Part shown: piece after piece, positions 23,790 through 33,160 of the stretch | Position numbering within the stretch: position 1 is the first letter of the stretch | Layout: each line of letters begins with the position of its first letter | Assembly (NCBI GenBank): GCA_030390025.1 | Contig: JASTWF010000036.1 | Span: 1,550,001-1,614,000, forward strand | Source: Squalus acanthias | Taxonomy: Eukaryota | Reading direction: 5' to 3' | Length of the DNA: 64,000 nt | The notes under the pieces: generated by a model | Database searches by the model: none | What the model was told of the DNA's origin: nothing | Seen by the model: only the letters and a program-made list of their open reading frames with translations | Translations under genes and position numbers: made by a program

Positions 23790-24066
23790 TTAAATCGGAT
23801 GCTGTGGCTTCTCCGAGAACATAGGGGTTTCTGGCCGACATTCAGCGGGCAAATTCCTTCTTTCCCAAATTTTGTCAGATGGAAACAGTAACACAATTTA
23901 ACATGTCCAGGCTTTCGGGATGAGGTAGGCCGCAAAAATAGGTGAGCCAGAAGCACAAATACAAAGAGGGAAAAAAGTGTTCATCCCTAAATTCACTGCA
24001 AAACCCAGTGTAGACCATCCGACCTGTGAAAATACAACGGGCTTTCCTTTTTGCCCTCGTTGAAGA
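23790..24066 (-). repeat. Right arm of a long inverted repeat (partner 22447-22737)
   Basis: TTAAATCGGATG...TCCGAGAACATAGGGGTTTC...CCTTTTTGCCCTCGTTGAAGA. Confidence 0.92.
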
Positions 24067-24832
24067 GTAAAATAATTCTTCAGAAAGTAAAAATGATTCT
24101 GCAGTCAGCAATCACATAACTTCTCACTGCCCTGCATACAACCAGGGTCAGTTGTGGTGTAGGATGGTTACCATGGCATCAATACCCCTTGAACATGGTA
24201 ACCCTGTCTTCATAAGTGATCTTTGACCTTTTCAATGCTGCATCTCTGTCGGGCACTTCATAAATATTGCTGTCCTTCAACCACTGTCTGTTTTTAAACT
24301 TTTTCACTGTGATTTCATAGAAACTACTGAGGATCAATAGAAGTTTGTCTCATTGCCTCCATAAGGGACTTGGCAGCAAAATATCCCATGCTAGAGCATA
24401 ACGCTGATCTTATTTCTGACTTTTAAATGTCGTTCAGGTCTAGTGAAGGAACAGCATCTTTAACACGAGCTGCTCTTGACTCGGATTTTGACATTTAAAA
24501 AGTAATTGGCATTGATACAGTGGAAGCTTGTTGTTAATCTGAAGGCAGCTTTTGAACAGATTCAACCTCTTATTCAGACAGAGCTTTCATTACCTGGAGA
24601 CACGACTGACCTCTTCTCACTGTCTGCTGTGTGTTGGAAGTCATAGGCTGCCACCTACTGGTCACGAAGAGAGCAGTGCCGTCCACAGTTTGCTGGTGCT
24701 GCATTTATGCGAGAGGGATCAGCACGTTTTGCACAGAGTCCTTTATATTCTTTATGGCTGAGTTCTTTTTCTCTGGCCAAGAGAGCAGGCAGATGACCTG
24801 CCCCCAGCGCTCGCCTGACATTATCTCTTTTG

Positions 24833-24995
24833 ACACAAAAGCAAAATACTGCGGATGCTGGAAATCTGAAATAAAAGCAGAAAATGCTGGAAACACTCAG
24901 CAGGTCAGGCAGCGTCTGTGGAGAGAGAAACAGAGTTAACGTTTCAGACCGATGACCTTTCGTCAGAACTGGAATAAGTTCGAGATGCAACAGGT
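24833..24995 (-). mobile_element. Penelope-like element terminal fragment (second family)
   Basis: On +, AAAATACTGCGGATGCTGGAAATCTGAAATAAAA...CAGCAGGTCAGGCAGCGTCTGTGGAGAGAGAAACAGAGTTAACGTTTC, with a hammerhead core on the minus strand. Confidence 0.65.
24934..24970 (-). ncRNA. Minimal type I hammerhead ribozyme motif
   Basis: Minus strand reads AGUU-CUGACGA-A-AGGUC-AUC-GGUCU-GAAA-CG-UU-AACU: core intact, 4-bp stem I, stem II with two G-U pairs and palindromic AACGUU stem III. Confidence 0.7.
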
Positions 24996-25014
24996 TACAC
25001 AGGTTCCCTCTGCG

Positions 25015-25552
25015 TATAGTTCTGGTCACCACATCACAGGAAGGATGTGATTGCACGAGAGAGGGTACGGAGGAGATTTACGAGGATGTTGCCAGGACTG
25101 GAGAATTTTAGCTATGAGGAAAGATTGGACAGGCTGGGGTTGTTTTCTTTGGAATAGAGGAGGCTGAGGAGAGATTTAATTGAGGTGTATAAAATCATGA
25201 GGGGCCGAAATAGAGTGGATCGGAAGGACCTATTTCTCTTAGCAGAGAGGTCAATAACCAGGGGGCAAAGATTTAAAGTAATTGGTAGAAGGTTTAGAGG
25301 GGAGTTGAGGAGAACTTTTTTCACCCAGAGGGTGGTGGGGGTCTGGAACTCACTGTCTGAAAGGGTGGTAGAGGCAGAGACCCTCATCATATTTAAAAAG
25401 TACTTGGCTACGCACTTGAAGTGCCGTAACCTACAGGGCCATGGACCAAGAGCTGGAAAGTGGGATTAGGCTGGATAGCTCTTTGTCGACCGGCGCGGAC
25501 ACGATGGGCTGAATGGCCTCCTTCTGTGTTGTAAATTTCTATGATTCTATGA
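25015..25552 (+). mobile_element. CR1 LINE 3' fragment
   Basis: FWSP...RRFTRMLPGL...RRLRRDLIEVYKIM...FFTQRVVGVWNSL; tail TTCTATGATTCTATGAT. Confidence 0.9.
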
Positions 25553-25766
25553 TCCCACAACCGGACATCAGATGAATAACCAGTTCGTCTGCTTCTGAGG
25601 GCGGAATGTTGGCCAGGACACCCAAGAGAACTCCCCGCTCTAATTTGCATATGAGCCTGAAACACTAGAACAAGGCCTCAGTTTAATCACTTCATCCAAA
25701 GGATGGCGCCTCTGACACTGAAGCATTCCCTCAATAATAAACTGGAGTGTTGGCCTAGATTATGTG
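25553..25766 (-). mobile_element. Diverged DeuSINE fragment
   Basis: TTGGCCAGGACACC...GGCCTCAGTTTAA..CATCCAAAGGATGGCGCCTCTGAC. Confidence 0.6.
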
Positions 25767-26069
25767 TAGGGTTGTCCTGGAGTCGCCCGGAATTATAGAT
25801 TAAACTCCCAGACACTGCTGCGAGCAACCCAGGAGAAAGATCGCTCCGGCCTGACTCACAACACGTCCTGGAGCCCTGGTGCATCTAACCGAGTCAGCCA
25901 CCCAATAGATAGAGCAGTTTCTAGAGCGCAGAGAATTGTGCGTATTGCAGCCACCATTATTGACTAATTGCTGCGCGGCTTGATGAGTCAGGCAACCAAT
26001 GAAGTTCGAGGTGGGAGGTCATGTGATGAAACCTCCCAGAATACAGTCCAACCAGAGTTGGCAACCTTA
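25767..26069. mobile_element. hAT-type MITE, copy 3, with 8-bp TSD
   Basis: Termini TAGGGTTG and GTTGGCAACCTTA; flanks ATTATGTG (25759-25766) and GTTATGTG (26070-26077). Confidence 0.8.
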
Positions 26070-26247
26070 GTTATGTGCCACAACATTTTGTAACGGGGGT
26101 GAGAGCAGAGGTGAGAGAACTCCCAAATAAGCCAAGCTGACACGTGCTTATGCTGAATATGCATCTGATGCCTCTGGCACTGTTGAGATGTAATGTCGAG
26201 GGGCTGCTTTCTGTGGCTGAGACCGCCACATGCAGGGAGTTTGCTGT

Positions 26248-26328
26248 GCTGTCTGATAACACTCCTGTGAAGCGCCTTGGGACGTTTTGCTCCGTGAAAG
26301 GCGCTATATAAATGCAAGGTGTTGTTGT
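26248..26328 (+). mobile_element. L2 3' tail fragment
   Basis: CTGATAACACTCCTGTGAAGCGCCTTGGGACGTTTT...AAAGGCGCTATATAAATGCAAG. Confidence 0.75.
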
Positions 26329-26739
26329 GGATTTGGATCATTGAACTGTGACGAGAAGCTGAGGAAACTAAAACAGTAGACATTCAGGGGAGGGGAGAAA
26401 TCGAAGAACACGAGGCTTTTAAAATAATGCGGAGAACCTCTGGCCAAGTGGCTAATGTCACAAGCTGCAGGAGAATTTCTGAGCAATTACATTGGCCTAC
26501 TCAAGGCTTTCTCCTGGTGTGCTGAATGGGAATTTAGTTAAGGAAGGGTCCAGGACAGGAAAACCCCAGTCAATGCTGTGGATGGGTTCCCTTACTTTAC
26601 AGCAGTTTTGGCAAATTAGGAACAAACTGTAAATTAAACCTCTTCTGCTTGGAGTGTGTTAGAAAACAGGCATGCCATGCAGTGGTGGGTGTGGCTAACA
26701 GTAGCGAGATGTGTCCGCTTCAGTTAGTATTAGGCAAAC

Positions 26740-27632
26740 AGTGAGGATGATACAACGAGGATGATACCAATCGACTGCAGCAGGACACAGAAAGGCTAGC
26801 AGAATGGGCAGACAAATGGCAGATGGAATTTAATACAGAGAAGTGTGAGGTGATGCATTTTGGCAGAAGGAACAGGGAGAGGCAATCTACACTTAATAGC
26901 ACAGTTTTAAAGAGTGTGCAGGGACAGAGGGACCTGGGAGTTAATGTGCATAGGTCCCTGAAGGTGGCGGGACATACTGAGAGAATTGTAGGCAAAGCAT
27001 ATGGGATCTTGGGCTTCATAAATAGAGTTATTGAGTACAAAAGTAGAGAAGTTATGCTGAATCTTTATAAAGCACTGGTTAGGCCACAACTGGAGTATTG
27101 CGTCCAGTTCTGGTCACCACACTTTAGGAAGGATGTGAAGGCCCTTGAGAGGGTGCAGAGGAGATTTACCAGAATGGTTCCGGGGATGGGGGATCTTAGC
27201 TACAAGGACAGGTTGGAGAAGCTGGATTTGTTTTCATTAGAGCAGAGGAGGTTGAGGGGTGATTTGATAGAGGTGTACAAGATTATGACGGGTTTGGATG
27301 GGCTAGACGGGGAAAGGCTGTTCCCACTAGTTGATAGTATAAGGACTAGGGGACACAGATTTAAGGTTTTGGGCAAGAGATACAGAGGGGGATGTGAGGA
27401 AAAACTTTTTTACGCAGCGAGTGGTGAGGACCTGGAACTCGCTGCCGACGGAAGTGGTGGAAGCGGAGACAGTCAATGTTTTCAAGGGGAGACTGGATAG
27501 GCACTTGAGGGAAATAAACTTGCAGGGCTACGGGGATAGAGCGGGGGAATGGGACTGACTGGATTGCTCTACAGAGAGCCGGCACAGACTCGATGGGCCG
27601 AATGGCGGCCTCCTGTACCGTTATGACTCTAT
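26740..27632 (+). mobile_element. CR1 LINE, 5'-truncated
   Basis: ORF 26823-27500 MEFNTEKCEVMHFG...QRDLGV...LYKALVRPQLEYCVQFWSP...RGDLIEVYKIM; frameshift near 27390; tail TTATGACTCTAT. Confidence 0.95.
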
Positions 27633-29003
27633 GGGGGCGATTTTCTGACGTCGGAGGAGGCGGGTTTGGAGGCGGGAAAGGCGGGAAAATCAGATTCAAA
27701 GTGGTCGGGTTCGGAACCCGCCTCCAACCCGCCTCCATGGGATTTGGCCGGTGCCGGTTTTGGAGGTCGGGAAACGCTCCCGCCTCCTGCTGGCCATTAC
27801 GCTGTTTAACATCCTTAAATGCTCATTATGGGCCTCTCTAAGCCTATTTTGAGCGGCCCTCGTGATTTTTCCAGCTTTTCGGTGTGATCCATGCTCCTCC
27901 TAAACCACGCCAGGTAAACCTGGTGGGTTGACTCATGGGTGGCCTCCTCACTGCTGCAGGTCTAACAAGACATCGTTTATTGCAGCAAGGATTACTTGCA
28001 GGTGCCAGACCTTGGCTTTAAAAGGTCTCTGAGCACTTTTAGAAGGCCTTCCGAAGTCGGAGGTGCTGCAGCTTGACTCCATCAGCTGTGGGACCTCCTT
28101 GGAAGACCCTCTCCCCGCTTGCAATGAGCGCTTCCCCAAAGGAGGCATCTACAAGCAGCATGGGAAACATTCGTTTTCTTTCTGCATGGACCTCAGATGA
28201 GGATGAGGAGGAGGAGGAGGACCTGGAGGAGGAGGAGGAGGAGGCGGTCAGAGCCCGGGATGCAAGGGATGAACTTATCATGGCCAGATTTGCATAGGTT
28301 GCCCAAGTTGGCACATGTCCTTTGCTCCATCCTAGGACACCATTGACAATGGACTCTCTGGCCTCTCTTCACTCAGGCCACCAACCTGACAACACAAGTG
28401 TGGCGGTGCCCGCAATGTGGAGCTGCCTAAGGCGAAAGAACAGATGGCATAACGCCAACATTATGGCTTCAAATCATTTTAATGCTTTCCAACAGGGATG
28501 GCATTTCATCAATACACAGAAACAGTCTCCCAATCTGCACACAGATCTGGAGGTTATATCCCTTGCCAGCTGTACCCACACAGCCTTGGTTTCTTTGGCA
28601 GGCCTCTTCCTCCGAGATGAGTGGAAGAGCACCTCCCTGCTAGCTGTCACCCCCTCAACCAACATTTGGAGCGCTTCATCCGAGAACCTCGGGGAGGCCC
28701 TTGCCTTGGAATTGGACATAGTGGTTTCTCAAAAGATGTTGCAGGTGGTGCAGGAGACGCAGAAATGCTGTGGAATGTGCCAAGGGAGCAAGAAGCCATA
28801 AAATCAGACTGGAAAAGTGCTGGCAACAGAGGCGAGTTTCAGTCCCAAAACACTAATTGACCAAGGGCATCCCACACCTCTCAAATCAAGTGGCCAATCA
28901 GGGGAAAATCACAAATTTTTGAAACCTATCAGTGGAGGCGAGTTTCAAACCCACCCAAACTGAAACCCGCCTCCATCTCACCTCCAGTGGGAAAATCGCC
29001 CCC
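27633..29003. mobile_element. PIF/Harbinger-type DNA transposon, internally deleted
   Basis: Perfect 13-bp TIRs GGGGGCGATTTTC and GAAAATCGCCCCC, subterminal GGAGGCGGGTTT motifs, 3-bp flanks TAT and TAA, and an internal Myb/SANT-like ORF. Confidence 0.85.
28474..28719 (-). pseudogene. Harbinger-associated Myb/SANT-like DNA-binding domain remnant
   Basis: RASPRFSDEALQMLVEGV...REVLF....R......K.VWVQLARDITSRS...R....C...W..L matches the MSANTD/NAIF1-type trihelix pattern; truncated at 81 aa. Confidence 0.75.
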
Positions 29004-29884
29004 TAAGACTCCTGCCCTCGCAGGTGCAGCACGCTGCCAGTACACAGCACCTGTCAGCCGCTCGGCGAGGAACCAGGCCCTATCGCGCTTCGAGAGTGCA
29101 GGCGGAAGCATCCACTTTCTCAAAAACATTAAGGACAAGTCTGTCGCAAGCTTCTAATGGGCCTGAGCTCCAATAGGACTCCACCCATCCCGAGCACTTC
29201 CTGAATCCGGCTTGACACTGCGTGGAAGTGATGCTCCGCACGGTTTCAAGCCTAAGCCGTGTCGATGTCCTCTCGGGCGGGGATTAGTTCACACCACTGC
29301 GTTCCAGAGTCAAATCGGGATCTGCTTCCGGAGCGAAACTGCCACTTTTCATCCCCGCAAGGCAAAAAACGCTTTGCAGCAACATAAAAGCGTCAGTCTA
29401 GCTGCACCCTAATCGTAGCCCAGCGCACTGAAGAGGTTGAGGACCAGGAATTCAGTGTCAGCAAAGGCGTGCTTCATTAAATACCTCTGCTGGCTAGGCC
29501 AAGTCTGAACCTGCCTCTGAAGCATACTAAAGCATGGTAAACCTGACTAGCTGCAATCACTGGGGTTTTATTGTGCTCAACCTGACCCTCAGCACTGAGC
29601 CGTGAAAGCCCTGGCCTGCTGCTAATGGGAGAAATGAAAGATTGTCACTGTGTGGCACAAACCCTACTTCACAGTGTTATTTCGTTTCATCAACCCAACA
29701 TGAAGTGTATGCTGTACAGCAGCATACTGTGCACAGTATTGTTAAAAGGGATAAAGAAGCACTGGTGAAGAACATAAGAATTAGGAGCAGGTGTCGGCCA
29801 TTTGGCCCCTTGAGCCACTCATGGCTGATCTTCGACCTCAACTCCACTTTCCCGCCTGATCTCCATATCCCTTGATTCCCCCAG

Positions 29885-30665
29885 TGCAAACAAGATTTAC
29901 AAGGATGATACCAGAACTAAGAAGTTACAACTATCAGGAAAGACTGAAAAAGCTGGGCTCTTTTCTCTGGAGAGGTGACCTGATAGAGGTCTTTAAGATT
30001 ATGAAGGGATTCGATAGGGTAGAAGTAGAGAAGATGTTTCCACTTGCGGGGGATTCCAAAACTAGGGGCCATAAATATAAGGTAGTCACTAATAAATCCA
30101 ATAAGGAATTAAGGAAAAACTCCTTTAAAGAAAGAAGGAAAGAAAGACTTGTATTTCTCCAGCGTCTTTCACCACCTCAGGATGTCCCAAAGAGCTTTAC
30201 AGCCAATGAAGTACTTTTTGGAGTGTAGTCACTGTTGTAATGTAGGAAACGTGGCAGCCAATTTGCGCACAGCAAGCTCCCACAAACAGCAATGTGATCA
30301 TGACCAGATCATCTGTTTTTAGTGATGTTGGTTGAGGGATAAATATTGGCCAGAACACCGGGGAGAACTCCCCCCTCCGCTCTTCTTCAAATCTTTTACA
30401 TCCACCTGAGGGAGCAGACAGGGCCTCGGTTTAATTGACCCAGAGAGTGGTTAGAATGTGGGACTCACTACCACAGGGAGTGGTCGAGGCGAATAGCGTA
30501 GATGGATTTAAGGGGAAGCGAGATAAACACACGAGGGAGAAAGGAATAGAAGGTTATGCTGATGGGATTCGGTGAAGAGGGGTGGGAGGAGACTCGTGTG
30601 GAGCAGAAACACCGGCACGGACCTGTTGGGCCGAATGACCCGTTTCTGTGCTGGAAATACTATGT
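29885..30665 (+). mobile_element. CR1 LINE 3' fragment interrupted by a DeuSINE
   Basis: VQTRFTRMIPEL...RGDLIEVFKIMKG...RKNSF breaks at ~30126 and resumes ACCCAGAGAGTGGTTAGAATGTGG at ~30438. Confidence 0.88.
30127..30435 (-). mobile_element. DeuSINE, 5'-truncated, inserted in CR1
   Basis: Tail AAAGAAAGACTTGTATTT.. through to CAGGGCCTCGGTTTAA. Confidence 0.85.
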
Positions 30666-30691
30666 AATCATATAAGAGCTGGTGCCAGGAG

Positions 30692-30975
30692 GTAGGAACA
30701 TAGGAAGAGGAGGAGGCCATTCAGCCCCTTGGGCCTGCTTCACGATTCAATGAGATCATGGCTGATCTGCACCTCAACTCCATTTGCTCACCTTAGCTCC
30801 ATATCCCTTGATACCCTTACCCAACAAAAATCTATCCATCTCAGTCTTGAAAGCTCCAATTGACACCCAACATCCAAACACTTTTGGGGAGAGAGTTCCA
30901 GATTACCACAACCTGTTGTGTAAAAAAGTGCTTCCTGACATCACCCCTGAACGGCCTGGCTCTAATTTTAAGATT
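30692..30975 (-). mobile_element. CR1 LINE 3' fragment
   Basis: Colinear with 14145-14420. Confidence 0.85.
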
Positions 30976-31214
30976 ACCGTGTCCCCTGAATGTGAATCAA
31001 AGGTCCCTTCAGGGCTTGATCTCCCATTTAAAGCTTCACCCTTTGTACTGCAGCTTTACTCATTGTTTTTAAAGGGTATCCCTTAAAAAATTAAATTGTT
31101 GGGTTCACCCTGGTTAAATGCACTGAATGGTGAGCCATTAGACCAGGATGATCGCAAGGGCAATCCATGGTCTGTGCTGGGTTCGTTGGTCCTAGCCAGG
31201 ACACTGCTCGATGG

Positions 31215-31642
31215 AAGAACTTGCATTTCTGTATCGCCTTTTCTGTCCTCAGGACATCCCAAAGTGCTTTACAGCCAATGAAGTACTTTTGGAGTGTAGT
31301 CACTATTGTAATGTCGGAAACACAGCAGCCAATTCACAAACAGCAATGTGATAATGACCAGATAATCTGTTTTAATGATGATGATTGTGACATAAATATT
31401 GGCCAGGACACCGGGGAGAACTCCCCTCCTCCACTTCAAATTGTGCCATGGGATCTTTCAAAACCAGCAGACGAAATCTCGGTTTAACGTCTCATCCAAA
31501 ACGCGGCACCTCCGACAGTGCAGCACTCCCTCAGTACTGCACTGGGACTGCCAGCCTGGATTATGTGCTTAAGTCTTTGGAGTGGGTGCTTGAATCCACA
31601 ACCTTCTGACTCAGAGGCATGGTTGCTACCCCCACTGAGCCA
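31215..31642 (-). mobile_element. DeuSINE copy
   Basis: Colinear with 12620-13085, including the tRNA-like head. Confidence 0.85.
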
Positions 31643-31800
31643 AACTTTGGGTGCACTGCAACTGGCCTCAGCGCAGCTGGGCAAGTGGCCTGGGACACCT
31701 GCAGTTGAAAACTTTGCCAGCACTCGCTGCTAAGCTGACGCAGGAGGAATGGCCACCTAGAGGAAATGTAAATGGGACAAACCAGTAAATAAGAAACATC

Positions 31801-32367
31801 GGGGCAAAAATTCGGTCTCCCGAAAAAGTCAGCGCCCCCGCGCCCAAAATTGAATGGTAGCGCCCCAAGCAGGAGGCGGGGCGCTAGTGGAAGCGCTTCC
31901 CCTCCCTCTTGGGGCCCTCCCAGGGAATATCGCGGCGCTACGTGCAGCAGCGCCACCTGCGTCGGCATGTAGCACCGCGGTACTGCAGGCCTCCCTCCCC
32001 TCATTAAAGGGGAGGGGCCTAGCGCAGCGCGCACCAAGGCCTTGCTGGACCACCGGGGCCTTGCTGGACCACCGGGGCCTTGCTAGACCACCGGGTAGCG
32101 GGTGCCGGCAAAAGAGCTCAGCACTCGAGAGGAGTGCCGGGCTGCCCGATCATGGCCGGCACCCCACGGGGGGACGGCAGAGGGGGCAGGTGCTGGCAGG
32201 CAGCCAGCAAAAAAAATGAATTCCCAGCACCTCCCCGTTAATATCGCCGCCCCGGCTGCACGTGCCCCCCCCACCCCGCCCCCCACCCCCCGACCCTGTC
32301 GGACATAGCGTCCAGCGATAAGTCAGGGGCGTTAACGGGAGGCGCAAAACAACCGAATTTTGCCCCC
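31801..32367. mobile_element. GC-rich Harbinger/Tourist-like MITE
   Basis: TIRs GGGGCAAAAATTCGGT and ACCGAATTTTGCCCCC; approximate 3-bp TSD (ATC/ATA or CAT/CAT); internal 19-bp unit GGCCTTGCTGGACCACCGG x3 at 32038-32094. Confidence 0.75.
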
Positions 32368-32499
32368 ATAAAGACTAATAGAATTGAGTTGCCTGGGCTT
32401 CAAGGGCGAGATAGCCAGAGGTCAGGGGCTGCAGGTTGGACATTCCTGCTTTAGTATAAGGAGGGCAAAACAGTGCATGCTAAGCAGGAGGGCAAAAGG

Positions 32500-32775
32500 G
32501 GAAAGCAGGGGATTAAGGTGGAGGTTGTGGGTAAAGGCACAGTTGAAGTACAGGAGGTCCCTGCACACAGGTGGCACTGTGTAGGGAACTGGACGGGGAA
32601 ATTCCAGAGGACAGGAGCACAGTGGATGAAGGAGCGGCCACCGCTGGTGGAGCAGAGGATGTACAAGGGAATGGGGGGAGGTGGGGGGTGGTGGTAAGAC
32701 GGGAGGAGATCACCGAGATAGGATCAGGCGAGACCACGGAAAGATTTGAGAGCAAGGATGAGAATTTGGAAAACC
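32500..32775 (-). mobile_element. Old L2 LINE 3' fragment
   Basis: Minus strand FQILILALKSFRGLA*SYLGDLL...STSGGRSFIHCAPVLWN. Confidence 0.65.
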
Positions 32776-33160
32776 AAACTTCGAGGAGTAGAGTCTAATA
32801 ATGTGAGGGATATTAACATCAGTGAAGAATACACTCTCACACATATGACAGAGTGTTTCAGCAATCGTGCCATTTGCAATGTGTGCGTCCCTCCATCTCC
32901 CCTGCACTGTCTTGTTCAGTAACTCCTCCACAGTACAGGTTTAGGACAGCTTTGACTAGCAGGGTAAACACAGCTTTAGAAGCCAGACTCCTCAAAGTGA
33001 ATCTCTCAGGAACCGGGCGGGGGGGCAAGTTTTATCCTCAGGTGCCAGTGCAAAGGAAGGTGGTGAAAAATTTCAGAAGGGAGTCCAAAGCTTCACACAG
33101 CGTTTTTCAGCAATAGCTGTGGAGCCTGAGTTCTCTCATCGATATTCAATGCACTAAAAG

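Noticed and set aside
29021..29410. Possible TIR pair GGTGCAGC/GCTGCACC around a CpG-rich block
   Set aside because: Only 8 bp of complementarity and no TSD.
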